Source: Gammaproteobacteria bacterium (lineage in GTDB: Bacteria > Pseudomonadota > Gammaproteobacteria > SG8-11). From it: DNA of 61,122 bases. The notes beneath the pieces are model-generated. The model was given only the letters and a program-made list of their open reading frames with translations, was not told the DNA's origin and did not search any database. Below, piece by piece: positions 36,208 to 46,383 of the stretch (within the stretch, counting starts at the first letter, position 1; each line of letters opens with the position of its first letter). Location: contig JANOOV010000391.1 of assembly GCA_031421535.1 (NCBI GenBank), forward strand, positions 1-61,122, given 5' to 3'. Both the position numbers and the translations under genes were made by a program.

Positions 36208-37689
36208 ATGAAAAAGCAGACGGTACTCGTCGCCTCAAGGCTGCCCGGTGTCCTGCGGATTTCTTGCATCACCGCCTTGTTGTTCACACTCGGTGCTTGC
36301 ATACCCAGCGGAGATGGCCGTGAGCCAGATAGCGGCGGTCCAGACAGCAGCGCCCCGGCGATTAAAGTCTTCGCTGCCAACGATGGCATCAACGGTGTTG
36401 AGCTCTGGAAAACTGACGGCACCGCCGACGGCACGGTGCTAATCAAGGACATCAATCCTGCGGTCGGCGAGAGTTCCTACCCTTCCGGCTTCGCCGAGTT
36501 CAACAGCGCATTTTATTTCCAGGCCAACGACGGCGTGCATGGCAGGGAGCTCTGGAAAACCAACGGCACGGGTCAAGGCACGTTGCTGGTGAAGGACATC
36601 AATACCCCGGCTGGGGAGAATTCTTACCCGTATGGACCTTCCGGCTTCACGGTATTCAACGGAGCGCTTTACTTCGTAGCCTACGATGAAATCAACGGCG
36701 CTGAGCTCTGGAAAACCAACGGCACCGCAGACGGCACGGCGCTGGTGAAGAATATCAATACCGCCGTCGGGATGAGCTCCTTCCCTTCCGGCCTTACGGT
36801 CTTTAATGGCGCGCTTTACTTCGCAGCCAACGACGGCGTGAATAGCGTGGAGCTCTGGAAAACCGACGGCACCACCGACGGCACGGCGCTGGTTAAGAAC
36901 ATCAACCCCGCGACCGATGCCGGCGCAGGTTCCTTCCCTTCCGGCCTCACGGTCTTCAATGGCGCGCTTTATTTCCATGCCTACGATGGCGTCGATGGTT
37001 TTGAACTCTGGAAAACCGACGGCACCCCTGCGGGCACGGTGCTGGTGAAGGACATCAATACGACTGGGGCGGGTTCCAATCCCATCGGCTTCATCAAATT
37101 TAACGACGCACTTTATTTCAAAGCTAACGACGGCGTGCACGGCCAGCAGCTCTGGAAAACTGACGGCACTGCCGACGGTACGGTGCGGATGTCGAACATC
37201 AATAGCACCGCCGGGGTGGGTTCTCCCTTTTACGGCTTCACCGTCTTCAACGGCGCGTTATATTTCGGTGCCTCCGACTACGCAATCGGCTATGGGGTCT
37301 GGAAAACCGACGGCACTCCCCCAGGCACCGTGCGGGTGATGGATAATAGAGAAGTCTCACGTCATCCTTACCCTTACGGCTTCATCGTCTTCAACGGCGC
37401 GCTTTATTTCAGAAACGACGACAGCGTGAGCAACCATGAGCTGTGGAAAACTGACGGCACCACCGCAGGTACGACGTTGGTGAAGAACATAAATGCTGCG
37501 GTGGGAACAATTTCCATCCCACCCGTACCCGCAGAGTCCAACCCTTACGTCTTCATCGAACTCAATGGTGCACTGTATTTTCCAGCCGACGACGGCGTGA
37601 ATGGCAAGGAATTCTGGAAAACCGACGGCACCGAGGCGGGCACGCAACTGCTGAAAGATTTATGCCCCGGAAAATGTGCCGGGTATTGA
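36208..37689 (+). CDS. ELWxxDGT-repeat lipoprotein (9 repeats)
   Basis: Lipobox LGAC. Nine units of about 48 aa follow the pattern ELWKTDGT..GT.LVK(D/N)IN ... FNGALYF.A.DGV.G. The protein ends LLKDLCPGKCAGY. Confidence 0.8.
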   Translation: MKKQTVLVASRLPGVLRISCITALLFTLGACIPSGDGREPDSGGPDSSAPAIKVFAANDGINGVELWKTDGTADGTVLIKDINPAVGESSYPSGFAEFNSAFYFQANDGVHGRELWKTNGTGQGTLLVKDINTPAGENSYPYGPSGFTVFNGALYFVAYDEINGAELWKTNGTADGTALVKNINTAVGMSSFPSGLTVFNGALYFAANDGVNSVELWKTDGTTDGTALVKNINPATDAGAGSFPSGLTVFNGALYFHAYDGVDGFELWKTDGTPAGTVLVKDINTTGAGSNPIGFIKFNDALYFKANDGVHGQQLWKTDGTADGTVRMSNINSTAGVGSPFYGFTVFNGALYFGASDYAIGYGVWKTDGTPPGTVRVMDNREVSRHPYPYGFIVFNGALYFRNDDSVSNHELWKTDGTTAGTTLVKNINAAVGTISIPPVPAESNPYVFIELNGALYFPADDGVNGKEFWKTDGTEAGTQLLKDLCPGKCAGY

Positions 37690-37699
37690 CGAAGCGACG

Positions 37700-37780
37700 A
37701 GGCCATTCTCTTCAACAGCGTGCTGCATTTCCAAGCCTCGGTACGCAACTACTGAAGGACTGCTGCCCCGGGCTGCGTTG
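37700..37780 (+). pseudogene. Relic of the 3' end of a further ELWxxDGT-repeat gene
   Basis: gccattctcttcaacagcgtgctgcatttccaagcc encodes AILFNSVLHFQA, and ggtacgcaactactgaaggactgctgccccggg encodes GTQLLKDCCPG in a different frame. Together they mimic the terminal repeat and the LLKDLCPG tail of the neighbouring genes. Confidence 0.5.
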
Positions 37781-37991
37781 AGTGCAGCAGCGCATGTGCG
37801 CGTCCATGATGCGCTTGCATCGTTCCCGGAACTGTTTTGGTTTGGAAAATTGCAGCACCCATTTGGTTTGCCAACGAACAGACCCCTCTTCGTCCTGCGC
37901 GCATTGTTACTTCCTGGCACGAATTCATCTTGTTCGTTTAAGAGCAGTTGATTCCACGCCCAAAACCCAGGTTCAAGCGACAGGAGCAGTT

Positions 37992-39455
37992 ATGAAAAAC
38001 CAGCAGGTATTCCTCACCCCAAGGCTCTCCGGTTTCGTGCACATTTCTTGCGTTATGGCGTTGTTGTTAACACTCGGCGCTTGTATACCGAACGACGGAG
38101 GTGGCAGTGAGCCCGATAGCAGCGGTGGTCCAGACAAAGGTGCATCGGACGCCACCCCGACAATTAGATTCTTGTCCGCCAACGACGACGTTAACGGGTA
38201 TGAACTCTGGAAAACGGACGGCACCACCGAGGGCACGGTGCTGGTGAAGGACATCAATACCACCACCCCTGCAGCGACATCCCAGCCGTCCGGCTTCACC
38301 GCACTCAATGGCGTGATTTATTTCAGAGCGGACGACGGCGTGCATGGCCGTGAACTGTGGAAGACCGACGGCACCGCTGACGGTACGGTATTGGTGAAGG
38401 ACATCAACCCCACTCCAGGAGAGTCGTCCACCCCCACCGGCTTGACCGCGTTCAACAGCGAACTTTATTTCGCAGCTAACAACGGCGTAATCGGCGAACA
38501 GCTCTGGAAAACCGACGGGACTGCTGAAGGTACGGTTCTGGTGAAAGACATGAATCCGGGAGAAGACCCACTTTCTGGCACTTATCTTTCCGGATTTATC
38601 GTCTTCAATGATGCGCTTTATTTCCGGTCCAGTCCTCTCGCCTCTAAAGGCGCGGATCTTTGGAAAACCGACGGCACTCCCGAGGGAACGGTAAAGATAG
38701 TGAATTTAGGGGCCTCTCCTACTGGCTTCACCGAACTTAACGGTGCCCTTTATTACACCTCGCAAAGTAGTGTCTTGAAAACCGACGGCACGGCAGTCGG
38801 CACGGTGCGCGTGAAGGAATTCAATGTCGGCTACGCGATACCGCCCGTTGCCTTATACGCATTCAATGACGCGCTTTATTTCAGTGCCAACAGCGACGCC
38901 GGTGCGCTCGGCGTTGAACTCTGGAAGACCGATGGCACCGCCGACGGCACCGTGCTAGTGAAGGATATCAATACCGTGGCCGGGGCGAGTTCCTATCCTT
39001 GGGGCTTTACCAAGTTCAACGGTGCGCTTTATTTCCAGGCCAACGACGGCGCAAACGGCTATGAACTCTGGAAAACCGACGGCCATGCGAACGGCACGGT
39101 ACGCGTGACGGACATCAGTAATGCCAGCGGAAGTTCCTACCCTAGCGGCCTCACCCCGTTCAACGGCGCGCTTTACTTCCAGGCCAGCGACGGCAGCAGT
39201 CCCGCGCAGCTCTGGAAAACTGATGGCACAGCCGACGGCACGGTATTGGTGGTGGCCATCAAAAACGCGATTGGAAAGGATGCTGCCCCGGCCTTCTTCA
39301 ACGTGCTCAATGGCGCGCTTTATTTCCGGACCCGGGACGGCGTGAACGGCTTGGAGTTCTGGAAATCCGATGGTACTGCCGAGGGAACGCAGTTGCTGAA
39401 AGACATCTGTCCAGGTCAGTGCGATGGACCGATGAGCTATTACGGAATGAGTTAG
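37992..39455 (+). CDS. ELWxxDGT-repeat lipoprotein (9 repeats)
   Basis: Start MKNQQVFLT with lipobox LGAC. Nine (E/Q/D)LWKTDGT units. The protein ends LLKDICPGQCDGP.... The 5' UTR resembles that of 36208. Confidence 0.8.
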   Translation: MKNQQVFLTPRLSGFVHISCVMALLLTLGACIPNDGGGSEPDSSGGPDKGASDATPTIRFLSANDDVNGYELWKTDGTTEGTVLVKDINTTTPAATSQPSGFTALNGVIYFRADDGVHGRELWKTDGTADGTVLVKDINPTPGESSTPTGLTAFNSELYFAANNGVIGEQLWKTDGTAEGTVLVKDMNPGEDPLSGTYLSGFIVFNDALYFRSSPLASKGADLWKTDGTPEGTVKIVNLGASPTGFTELNGALYYTSQSSVLKTDGTAVGTVRVKEFNVGYAIPPVALYAFNDALYFSANSDAGALGVELWKTDGTADGTVLVKDINTVAGASSYPWGFTKFNGALYFQANDGANGYELWKTDGHANGTVRVTDISNASGSSYPSGLTPFNGALYFQASDGSSPAQLWKTDGTADGTVLVVAIKNAIGKDAAPAFFNVLNGALYFRTRDGVNGLEFWKSDGTAEGTQLLKDICPGQCDGPMSYYGMS

Positions 39456-39835
39456 CTGGCCGTGGCAGCGCGGCGAAAGCAACGCCGCGCGCGCTGCATC
39501 GTCACCGGCAGTGAACGCCCAGGCAGGACGACGTCATCGCAGTATGTTTCCTGTTGGGGTGGCGTCGAATGCACCAAGGTTGAAAAGCATCTCGGCTGCT
39601 CACCCTTGGGCCTTCGGTTCCCCGCGTAACGTCGTGCGCGAGAGTCGTATCTGCTGATCACCGCGCGTCACTTTACTAAAATGTTTTGGCCCCGAGAATT
39701 TTCACAATGCCTGGTTCGCCATCGAACAGACCGTGCTACCACCCAGGCTCAGTATGGCCCTCAAGCATAAATCCACCTGTGTTAAGGACGGTTGATTTAC
39801 GCGCCCAAGAAAATTGAACAAGGTGAGGAAAACTT

Positions 39836-41839
39836 ATGAAAAAACAGACTGCGTACATGACCTCAAGGTTCTCCGGTTTTTTGCGCATTTCTTGCGTCAC
39901 GGCGTTGTTGTTGACACTCGGCGCTTGTATACCAAAGGACGGAGATAGCGGCGGCGGCGGAGGATCGGTCAGCGCCCCGGCAATTAAGTTCCTGGCCGTC
40001 AATGACGGTGTGAACGGCAACGAACTCTGGAAAACCGATGGCACGGCCGACGGCACCGTGTTGGTGAAAGATATCAATGCCACGGCCAAGGGGAGTTCCA
40101 ACCCTTCCGGCTTCACCAAGTTCAATGGCGTAATTTATTTCCAGGCCAACGACGGCGTGAACGGCAATGAGCTTTGGAAAACCGACGGCACCACCGCCGG
40201 TACGGTGTTGGTGAAAAACATTAATCCCGCCACCGGAGCGGATTCCTCCCCGGACAGCATCACCGAACTCAACGGTGCACTTTATTTTGCGGCCGGAGAC
40301 GGCGTGACGGGTTATGAGCTCTGGAAAACTGACGGCACCGCCGAGGGCACAGCTCTGGTGAAGGACATCAATACCGCAGCCGGAGCGCATTCGGTACATC
40401 CCGGGTTCACGGTACTCAACGGCGCGATTTATTTCCGGGGCGACGACGGTGTGAATGGCACTGAGCTCTGGAAAACCGACGGCACTGCCGCCGGTACGGT
40501 GTTGGTGAAAGACATCGACACAGCGCGACCTGGGGCGAACTCCTTCCCCGACGGCTTCACCGTTTTCAACGGTGCCCTCTATTTCACAGCCAATGACGAA
40601 GTGCACGGCCAAGAGCCTTGGAAAACCGACGGCACCACGGCCGGCACGGTCATGTTGAAGGATATCAATCCTATCGTGGGAAATTCTAATCCTCACAGCT
40701 TTACCGCCTTCAACGGAGCGCTTTATTTTAGCGCCGGGGACGGTGTACTCGCTGGACTCTGGAAAACCGACGGTACCGACACCGGCACAGTGCTGGTGAA
40801 GAACATCATTGCCTTCGCTGGGAATTACTCTTCCGTTCCCAACGTCACCGAGCTCAACGGCGCACTTTATTTTGTGGCCAGCGAGGGCTTGACGGGGCTA
40901 GAGCTCTGGAAAACCGATGGCACCACCGACGGCACCGTGTTGGTGAAGGACATTAATCCCACACCTGGGTCTGGTTCTTCTCCTTCCGGCCTTATCAAAT
41001 TTAACAACGCTCTTTATTTCAATGCTCGCAATGGTTATGTCAGTGAGCACAATGGCATGGAGGGCGCCGAGCTCTGGAAAACCGACGGCACTGATGCTGG
41101 CACGGTGCTGGTGAAAGACATCAATACTGCAGCGGGGATGAGTTCCAACCCCGCTGAATTCAGCGTCTTGAACGGCGTACTTTATTTCAAAGCCAACGAT
41201 GGCATCAGCGGCACTGAGCTTTGGAAAACCGACGGCACCAACACGCAGTTGCTGAAAGACCTCTGCCCGGGGTCATGTGGGATCGGCGGCAAAGGCTCGC
41301 CTCCCTCCTTTACCCGCGCCATCGCACTACCCAAAACCGGCCAGACCTGGTGTGACGGCCCCTCGGGTTATCCGTCTGGGTGCGCCAATAACACCCAGAA
41401 AGGTCCCGACATACCCGACCAGGATGGTGATCTCAAGGTCGGGGTGGCTTGGCCGAATCCGCGTTTCAGCGTGGACGGCACCAGTCAGTGCATCACCGAT
41501 AACCTCACGGGCCTGATGTGGGTTCGGCAGGACGCTGTATTTCAAACCTGGCAACAATCGCTCGACTACGCCAACAACCTCGACCTTTGCGGCTTTACTG
41601 ACTGGCGAATGCCGAATCGCAAAGATCTGCGCAGCTTGGTCAATTACGGGCTTAGTAATGTCGGGGTCTGGCTGCGAAACAACGGGTTCACGTTTCAGAC
41701 TGAATCGATCTTGTGGTCGTCAACCAGCGTTGCCGGAAGTGCGTCTGATGCGTGGGGGTTCATTGTAATAAACGGCATCGTGTCGCCCCAGGCGAAGTTT
41801 GCGGGCAACTACGTCCTGCCCGTGCGCGCCGGGAAGTAG
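39836..41839 (+). CDS. ELWxxDGT-repeat lipoprotein (9 repeats) with a C-terminal DUF1566 (Lcl C-terminal-like) domain
   Basis: Same architecture as the two upstream genes through LLKDLCPGSCG. A domain of about 180 aa follows, with TDWRMPNRKDLRSLVNY and LWSSTS motifs. Confidence 0.8.
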   Translation: MKKQTAYMTSRFSGFLRISCVTALLLTLGACIPKDGDSGGGGGSVSAPAIKFLAVNDGVNGNELWKTDGTADGTVLVKDINATAKGSSNPSGFTKFNGVIYFQANDGVNGNELWKTDGTTAGTVLVKNINPATGADSSPDSITELNGALYFAAGDGVTGYELWKTDGTAEGTALVKDINTAAGAHSVHPGFTVLNGAIYFRGDDGVNGTELWKTDGTAAGTVLVKDIDTARPGANSFPDGFTVFNGALYFTANDEVHGQEPWKTDGTTAGTVMLKDINPIVGNSNPHSFTAFNGALYFSAGDGVLAGLWKTDGTDTGTVLVKNIIAFAGNYSSVPNVTELNGALYFVASEGLTGLELWKTDGTTDGTVLVKDINPTPGSGSSPSGLIKFNNALYFNARNGYVSEHNGMEGAELWKTDGTDAGTVLVKDINTAAGMSSNPAEFSVLNGVLYFKANDGISGTELWKTDGTNTQLLKDLCPGSCGIGGKGSPPSFTRAIALPKTGQTWCDGPSGYPSGCANNTQKGPDIPDQDGDLKVGVAWPNPRFSVDGTSQCITDNLTGLMWVRQDAVFQTWQQSLDYANNLDLCGFTDWRMPNRKDLRSLVNYGLSNVGVWLRNNGFTFQTESILWSSTSVAGSASDAWGFIVINGIVSPQAKFAGNYVLPVRAGK

Positions 41840-41897
41840 AGAGAGCGTGCATCACCTTGATCACAATGACCTGAAACCTGATATGGAGAACCTTAAC

Positions 41898-42467
41898 ATG
41901 CGTAACCTGCCGCTGATTTTGACACTTGCCACAAGCCTGTTGCCACTCACCTGGGCACAAGCCGCGCCCGCAGACCTGCCGGTAACCGGCCAGATTACGT
42001 GCAGCGACACGGCGGGTGCGGTGATTGCGTGCGCCGGTACCGGCCAGGACGGCGAACACCAGGCCGGTGTACCCTGGCCGACTCCGCACTTTACTGTCGA
42101 CGGGACCGGCAATTGCGTCATAGACAACGTGACGGGCTTACTGTGGGTCAGGAGTCCGGAGGCCATAACTCGAACCTGGTTACAGGCTCTGGATTTCGCT
42201 AACGATCTTGAACTTTGCGGTTACACCGACTGGCGGATGCCCAATGTCAATGAGCTGGAAAGTCTGGTGAACAGTGAGGCAGCCGATCCAGCCGCCTTCC
42301 TGAACGGTGAGGGCTTCAGCGGTATTCAGGCCGGAGCTTATTGGTCGTCGACGAGCTATACCAACGGTAGTGCGGGGTTAGCGTGGTCCGTCAACATGAA
42401 CCGTGGCGACGTGTCTTTCATTCCAAAGGCTGGCAACAACTACCTCTGGTCGGTCGCCGGACAGTAG
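41898..42467 (+). CDS. Secreted DUF1566 domain protein
   Basis: GGAG RBS and signal peptide MRNLPLILTLATSLLPLTWAQA. TDWRMPNVNELESLVN and YWSSTS motifs parallel the C-terminus of 39836..41839. Confidence 0.7.
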   Translation: MRNLPLILTLATSLLPLTWAQAAPADLPVTGQITCSDTAGAVIACAGTGQDGEHQAGVPWPTPHFTVDGTGNCVIDNVTGLLWVRSPEAITRTWLQALDFANDLELCGYTDWRMPNVNELESLVNSEAADPAAFLNGEGFSGIQAGAYWSSTSYTNGSAGLAWSVNMNRGDVSFIPKAGNNYLWSVAGQ

Positions 42468-42573
42468 GAGTTTGGATGGCTGATATCGGAGCCACCCAAA
42501 ACAGGCAAAAATTGAAAAGTCCGATGGCGCCGGTGGCCGCTCCTGATGGGAGCATCACCTGCCTTCCGTACTA

Positions 42574-45207
42574 CTACGATAACGCCCACCGCGTGTGACC
42601 GTAACGCACGCGCCGCACCATTCCCACCAGCGCCAGTAACAGCACCGCCCACGGCCCGAGTGCTCCGCCTTTCGTGACGCCCGGTTGCGGGTCAGTCGGA
42701 GCCGTGTCGGTTGAAGCCGTACCGGTTGGCGGCGTTGATTCAGAACCAGCCGTGCCGGTTGGCTGCATGGATGTCGAACCGAGTGCCGCGCGCATCACTT
42801 CCAGAAACTTCTGTGCGATTTTGGCATGTGCCGCTTCCGTCGGATGAATGCCGTCGTATAAATCCGCCGTCGTCAATACCGAGTTAACGTCAACAAAGCG
42901 CACGTTTTGGCCCGCTGCGACACGCGTCGCCACATTCTTGCGAATGACAGCGTTGAATTGCTGAGCCAACACCGCGCGATCAATATTGTTAGGTTGAATG
43001 ACCACTGAAGATTGCGGCGGAATAGACGCTACAAATATCCAGGCCTTGGGACGTGCGGTCCGGAGCTGATCGATCAATGCGTTATGGCGGGCTCCGATCT
43101 GGTCGGCATTCTCTGCGGTCCACCACGCGGTGTCGTTAGTCCCGATCATGAGCAGAATAATGTTGGGTTGCGTGGACGCTATCCAGGTATTGACACTTCC
43201 CGCGATTTGCTCAATACCGAATCTTGGATGCCCCTCGTGATCATGGTCGGCAATCCGTGTGTACTGGTCAGATTCCGTTCCTACGTAACTCACACCGCAG
43301 TTGTTTTGCTGTAACCCCGTATACAGATTATTGCGATACCCACCGTTCATGCCCAGTGTGATCGAGTCGCCCAGTGGCATGATATTAGTACAACCTGAAA
43401 GCTGGACGCCGCCCGATACCGGGGGCGTAACCGGGCTGGCGGGGGAGGTCGGCGGCACCGCCGCATTGCGGTTAACCAGCTCGACCTTATCGACATAGAA
43501 CGTCAGATTCGACGTGCTGTTATTTTGAAAAACAATTTTCCGGAATGCGACGTTGTTTGGATTCATGACCGCAAGTGGAATCTCGACGTGATACCAGGCG
43601 CCCGGCGCAAACGAAGTGACGTAGCTTGATATTTTTGCGGACAAGCCCCAACCGAGATCCAGGCTCGCCTCAAGCGCGCCTATCGCCGCGCTGACCACTG
43701 CGCCTGCGGATACGTCGAAACTCAAATGGGTATAAAGGCCGGCGGATTGATCCGTCCAGTTCCAGCTGGAATCGCGGCTATCAAAACTGACTCCACCCCA
43801 GGTGGTTGCGTCCACCTTGACGGCGCTGGCGCCGGACTTGACAAATTGACCCTGGACCGTCGCAGTTGAACTCCAGCCCGAAAGCGCCCACAGCGACGTC
43901 ATGGCATCGTCAAAAATGGCTTGTGATCCACCCGATGTTGGTGGCGGTGTCACGGGTGCCGGTGGCGGAACAGGTACAGGAACGACAGGGACGGGCGGCA
44001 GTACACCGGACGCTGGCGCTCCCCAGAATTTTTTCAACAACGCCAGCTTGTCCTGGCGCACATTCAAACTGTCGTCGAGGATGCCGCCGGTATCGCCGCT
44101 GTTCGGGGTGTAGCACCAATAGAAACTGTTGCGGATACCTTTGCCCAGCAGATAGTCAACAAAAGTATTCTGCCAAATGACGTCCTGCAGCCCACTCACT
44201 CCCTGCCCATACTGGCCACCCCACTCGCCGATCACCACGGCATGCGTTTGCGCGAACTTGCCAAACAGGGCGTCCCAATTAGCCACCAGATTGCCCGGAA
44301 AGTCGAAAGCGCTGAATGAAGATTTCGGGAACACATCCGGGCCATAGGTATGCGGCGTCAGTACCAGCTTGTTGTTGGGAATATTGAGCGGCTGATACGC
44401 CTGGGGCTGAAAGTTTTCGCCCCAGTTCATGGGAATGTTCGAGTTCTCTTTGCCGTCGTAGTTCGCGTTGACACCCTGCACAAAAATCAGCAGCTTGGGG
44501 TTCGCCGCCAGGATCGTCGCCGAGGCGAGTTCCGCCGCCGCCTTCCAGAAGTAAGCCGGGTCGGTGACGCTCGGATCTCCCGTGCTCCAGCGCACTCGGC
44601 CATTGGGCTCGTTATAAATATCGATGCCGAAAAAGTGGGATAGATGGGCGTAGCGCTGGGCAACCAACGTGAGGTCGCGCAGCCAGTGTTCCTTGGTGTA
44701 GGCCTGATTGTTATAGACGAGGTTAAAGTCCGCCGGGTTCGACACAAACCAGGTCGGGTACAGGCGCTGCATCGACACGCTTTGGAAATCGAGCAGAACG
44801 TACATGCCTTGACGATTCGCCTCGGCCATCCACAGATCGAGAACCTGCAGCGAAGTCTTGCCGATCAATTCCGGATTCAGAACCGGGTCAACGTGAACCA
44901 ACAGATTAACGGGAGTGGTGTTGTACAGCGCATCGGGCACAAAGGGCAGACGGATGGCGTTAAACCCGAGGCTCTTCATCTGTGCGATCTGTTCCTTCCA
45001 GCCCATAACCCACAGGTATTGAGGCTGCAGAATCGGAGTGTTGAAACCAAAATGGGTAACACCGCGAACCTGGATTTCCTGGCCGCCCGCATCGTATATC
45101 TTTCCCGCCTGCGCGAAATAACCGACCGCCATTACATTCGCCGTAGCGGTTGCCAAGGTAAGTAGAACTAACGCCTGAAATGCCCGATGAACCAGACTCT
45201 TCTTCAT
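42574..45207 (-). CDS. Secreted multidomain enzyme: GH5 glycanase, carbohydrate-binding-like module, SGNH/GDSL esterase, and a GlyGly-CTERM-like tail
   Basis: Signal peptide from M at 45207. GH5 motifs (DIYNEPNG, IGEWGG). A Pro-rich linker, then a middle module of about 160 aa. SGNH block I is MPLGDSITLG and the late block is DGIHPT. The protein ends KGGALGPWAVLLLALVGMVRRVRY.... Confidence 0.75.
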   Translation of the reverse strand: MKKSLVHRAFQALVLLTLATATANVMAVGYFAQAGKIYDAGGQEIQVRGVTHFGFNTPILQPQYLWVMGWKEQIAQMKSLGFNAIRLPFVPDALYNTTPVNLLVHVDPVLNPELIGKTSLQVLDLWMAEANRQGMYVLLDFQSVSMQRLYPTWFVSNPADFNLVYNNQAYTKEHWLRDLTLVAQRYAHLSHFFGIDIYNEPNGRVRWSTGDPSVTDPAYFWKAAAELASATILAANPKLLIFVQGVNANYDGKENSNIPMNWGENFQPQAYQPLNIPNNKLVLTPHTYGPDVFPKSSFSAFDFPGNLVANWDALFGKFAQTHAVVIGEWGGQYGQGVSGLQDVIWQNTFVDYLLGKGIRNSFYWCYTPNSGDTGGILDDSLNVRQDKLALLKKFWGAPASGVLPPVPVVPVPVPPPAPVTPPPTSGGSQAIFDDAMTSLWALSGWSSTATVQGQFVKSGASAVKVDATTWGGVSFDSRDSSWNWTDQSAGLYTHLSFDVSAGAVVSAAIGALEASLDLGWGLSAKISSYVTSFAPGAWYHVEIPLAVMNPNNVAFRKIVFQNNSTSNLTFYVDKVELVNRNAAVPPTSPASPVTPPVSGGVQLSGCTNIMPLGDSITLGMNGGYRNNLYTGLQQNNCGVSYVGTESDQYTRIADHDHEGHPRFGIEQIAGSVNTWIASTQPNIILLMIGTNDTAWWTAENADQIGARHNALIDQLRTARPKAWIFVASIPPQSSVVIQPNNIDRAVLAQQFNAVIRKNVATRVAAGQNVRFVDVNSVLTTADLYDGIHPTEAAHAKIAQKFLEVMRAALGSTSMQPTGTAGSESTPPTGTASTDTAPTDPQPGVTKGGALGPWAVLLLALVGMVRRVRYGHTRWALS

Positions 45208-45640
45208 TGAAACCTCGCTGTACCTGCTGATTGCATTGATCTGGCTAAGCTCCTTTCGCATGCATTACCCACACTCCTTGAGTGTGTCCACGCAGGCACC
45301 GCCGTTGTAACGACCCAACCTGCACTGTTCTGTGCGGTAACACACATATGAGGCCTAATCTTTACATTTAAGTTCATTATCCATACGCCAACGCATGCTG
45401 GGCATTTACAACGGATAAATGTAGGAGATGAGGTAACGCTGGTAAGTTTTTTTGATTCGCCAGTGCGCGTGGGTCAATCCGTCCCGCACAAGATTAATAA
45501 AGAGCCCGGCACCGTTTTGGACTCCTCAACCACCGCCGCATTAAGAGGGGTGCGGCTTAACCACAGCTTATGGATACGATTATTGTGCTGTTTGATTCGT
45601 GTACTGTGAGCAACCGCACTAAAATCCGCGTGAATTATTG

Positions 45641-46381
45641 TCAACTCGCCGCAAGCACCATCGCCGTGACAACATAGTTTGCGTAGAACTCGAAGCGCCC
45701 CGTCCAGGGCATCGCGTATTGCTCCAATAACTTGATTTTCCTGCGCGGCCGCACCGCGTAGCATCCTGCGTCCAGATCGCTTAAAGAAAAATCCAGCGTG
45801 ACATCGTCAAATTCAAGCCACTGCCGGGTCACGTTGTACTGGCACTTATAAAACGCTTCTTTGGCGCTGAAGAGGAGCGCGGCATAGCGCGCTTGCTCCG
45901 GCGCACGCAGCGTGGCGAGCCAGTGCATCTCTTCCGGTGTACAGAGTATCGGCCAGATTTCCGGGTTCACCTGCTCGACAATTTCAATATCCAGGCCGAT
46001 GCCGCAGAATTGCTCACGCTCGGCAACCACCACGCCACACATTCCGGTAGTGTGGCTGATGCTGCCGACGACGGTAGCGGGCCAGCGCGGTCGCCGATCA
46101 CTAGCCATGCGCAGCGGGTAATTGGCCAATCCGAATTGGCCTAAAGCGCGGCGCGCGCAAACCCGTCCGGCGGCGAACTCCTGAAGTCGTCGCGGGCTTG
46201 CGCGTCCAAGCGATTGCACTTCGTCGGGAAATAACTGTGACGGATCAACTGCGCTCCGCAGCTCGGCGCCCACCACGCCCCGCGGGAACAAACGGCCTAG
46301 CAGCGGCGAAAGGCGGGCAGGATTGTTCTGATGCGGGTCGCATGCGTCGACAGCAGCAGCGGGGCGACGCATCGGAAACAT
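45641..46381 (-). CDS. 4'-phosphopantetheinyl transferase (Sfp/EntD type)
   Basis: GSISHT, GIGLDIE and FSAKEAFYK motifs. The ATG lies 2 nt after the NRPS stop codon. Confidence 0.8.
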   Translation of the reverse strand: MFPMRRPAAAVDACDPHQNNPARLSPLLGRLFPRGVVGAELRSAVDPSQLFPDEVQSLGRASPRRLQEFAAGRVCARRALGQFGLANYPLRMASDRRPRWPATVVGSISHTTGMCGVVVAEREQFCGIGLDIEIVEQVNPEIWPILCTPEEMHWLATLRAPEQARYAALLFSAKEAFYKCQYNVTRQWLEFDDVTLDFSLSDLDAGCYAVRPRRKIKLLEQYAMPWTGRFEFYANYVVTAMVLAAS

Positions 46382-46383
46382 AT

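Noticed and set aside
36439-37140. Long antisense ORFs inside the ELWxxDGT genes (36439..37140, 38955..39482, 39863..40696, all minus strand)
   Set aside because: They lie fully within strongly supported plus-strand repeat genes, and their translations are low-complexity Arg/Gly/Ala-rich. They are an artefact of GC-rich repetitive coding DNA.
45262-45640. The 380-bp non-coding stretch upstream of the GH5 gene as a riboswitch or sRNA, including ORF 45474..45764(-)
   Set aside because: I recognised no known riboswitch consensus (for example c-di-GMP GEMM), and the ORF overlaps the PPTase gene. It is probably just a long promoter/leader region, but this cannot be verified without covariance-model searches.
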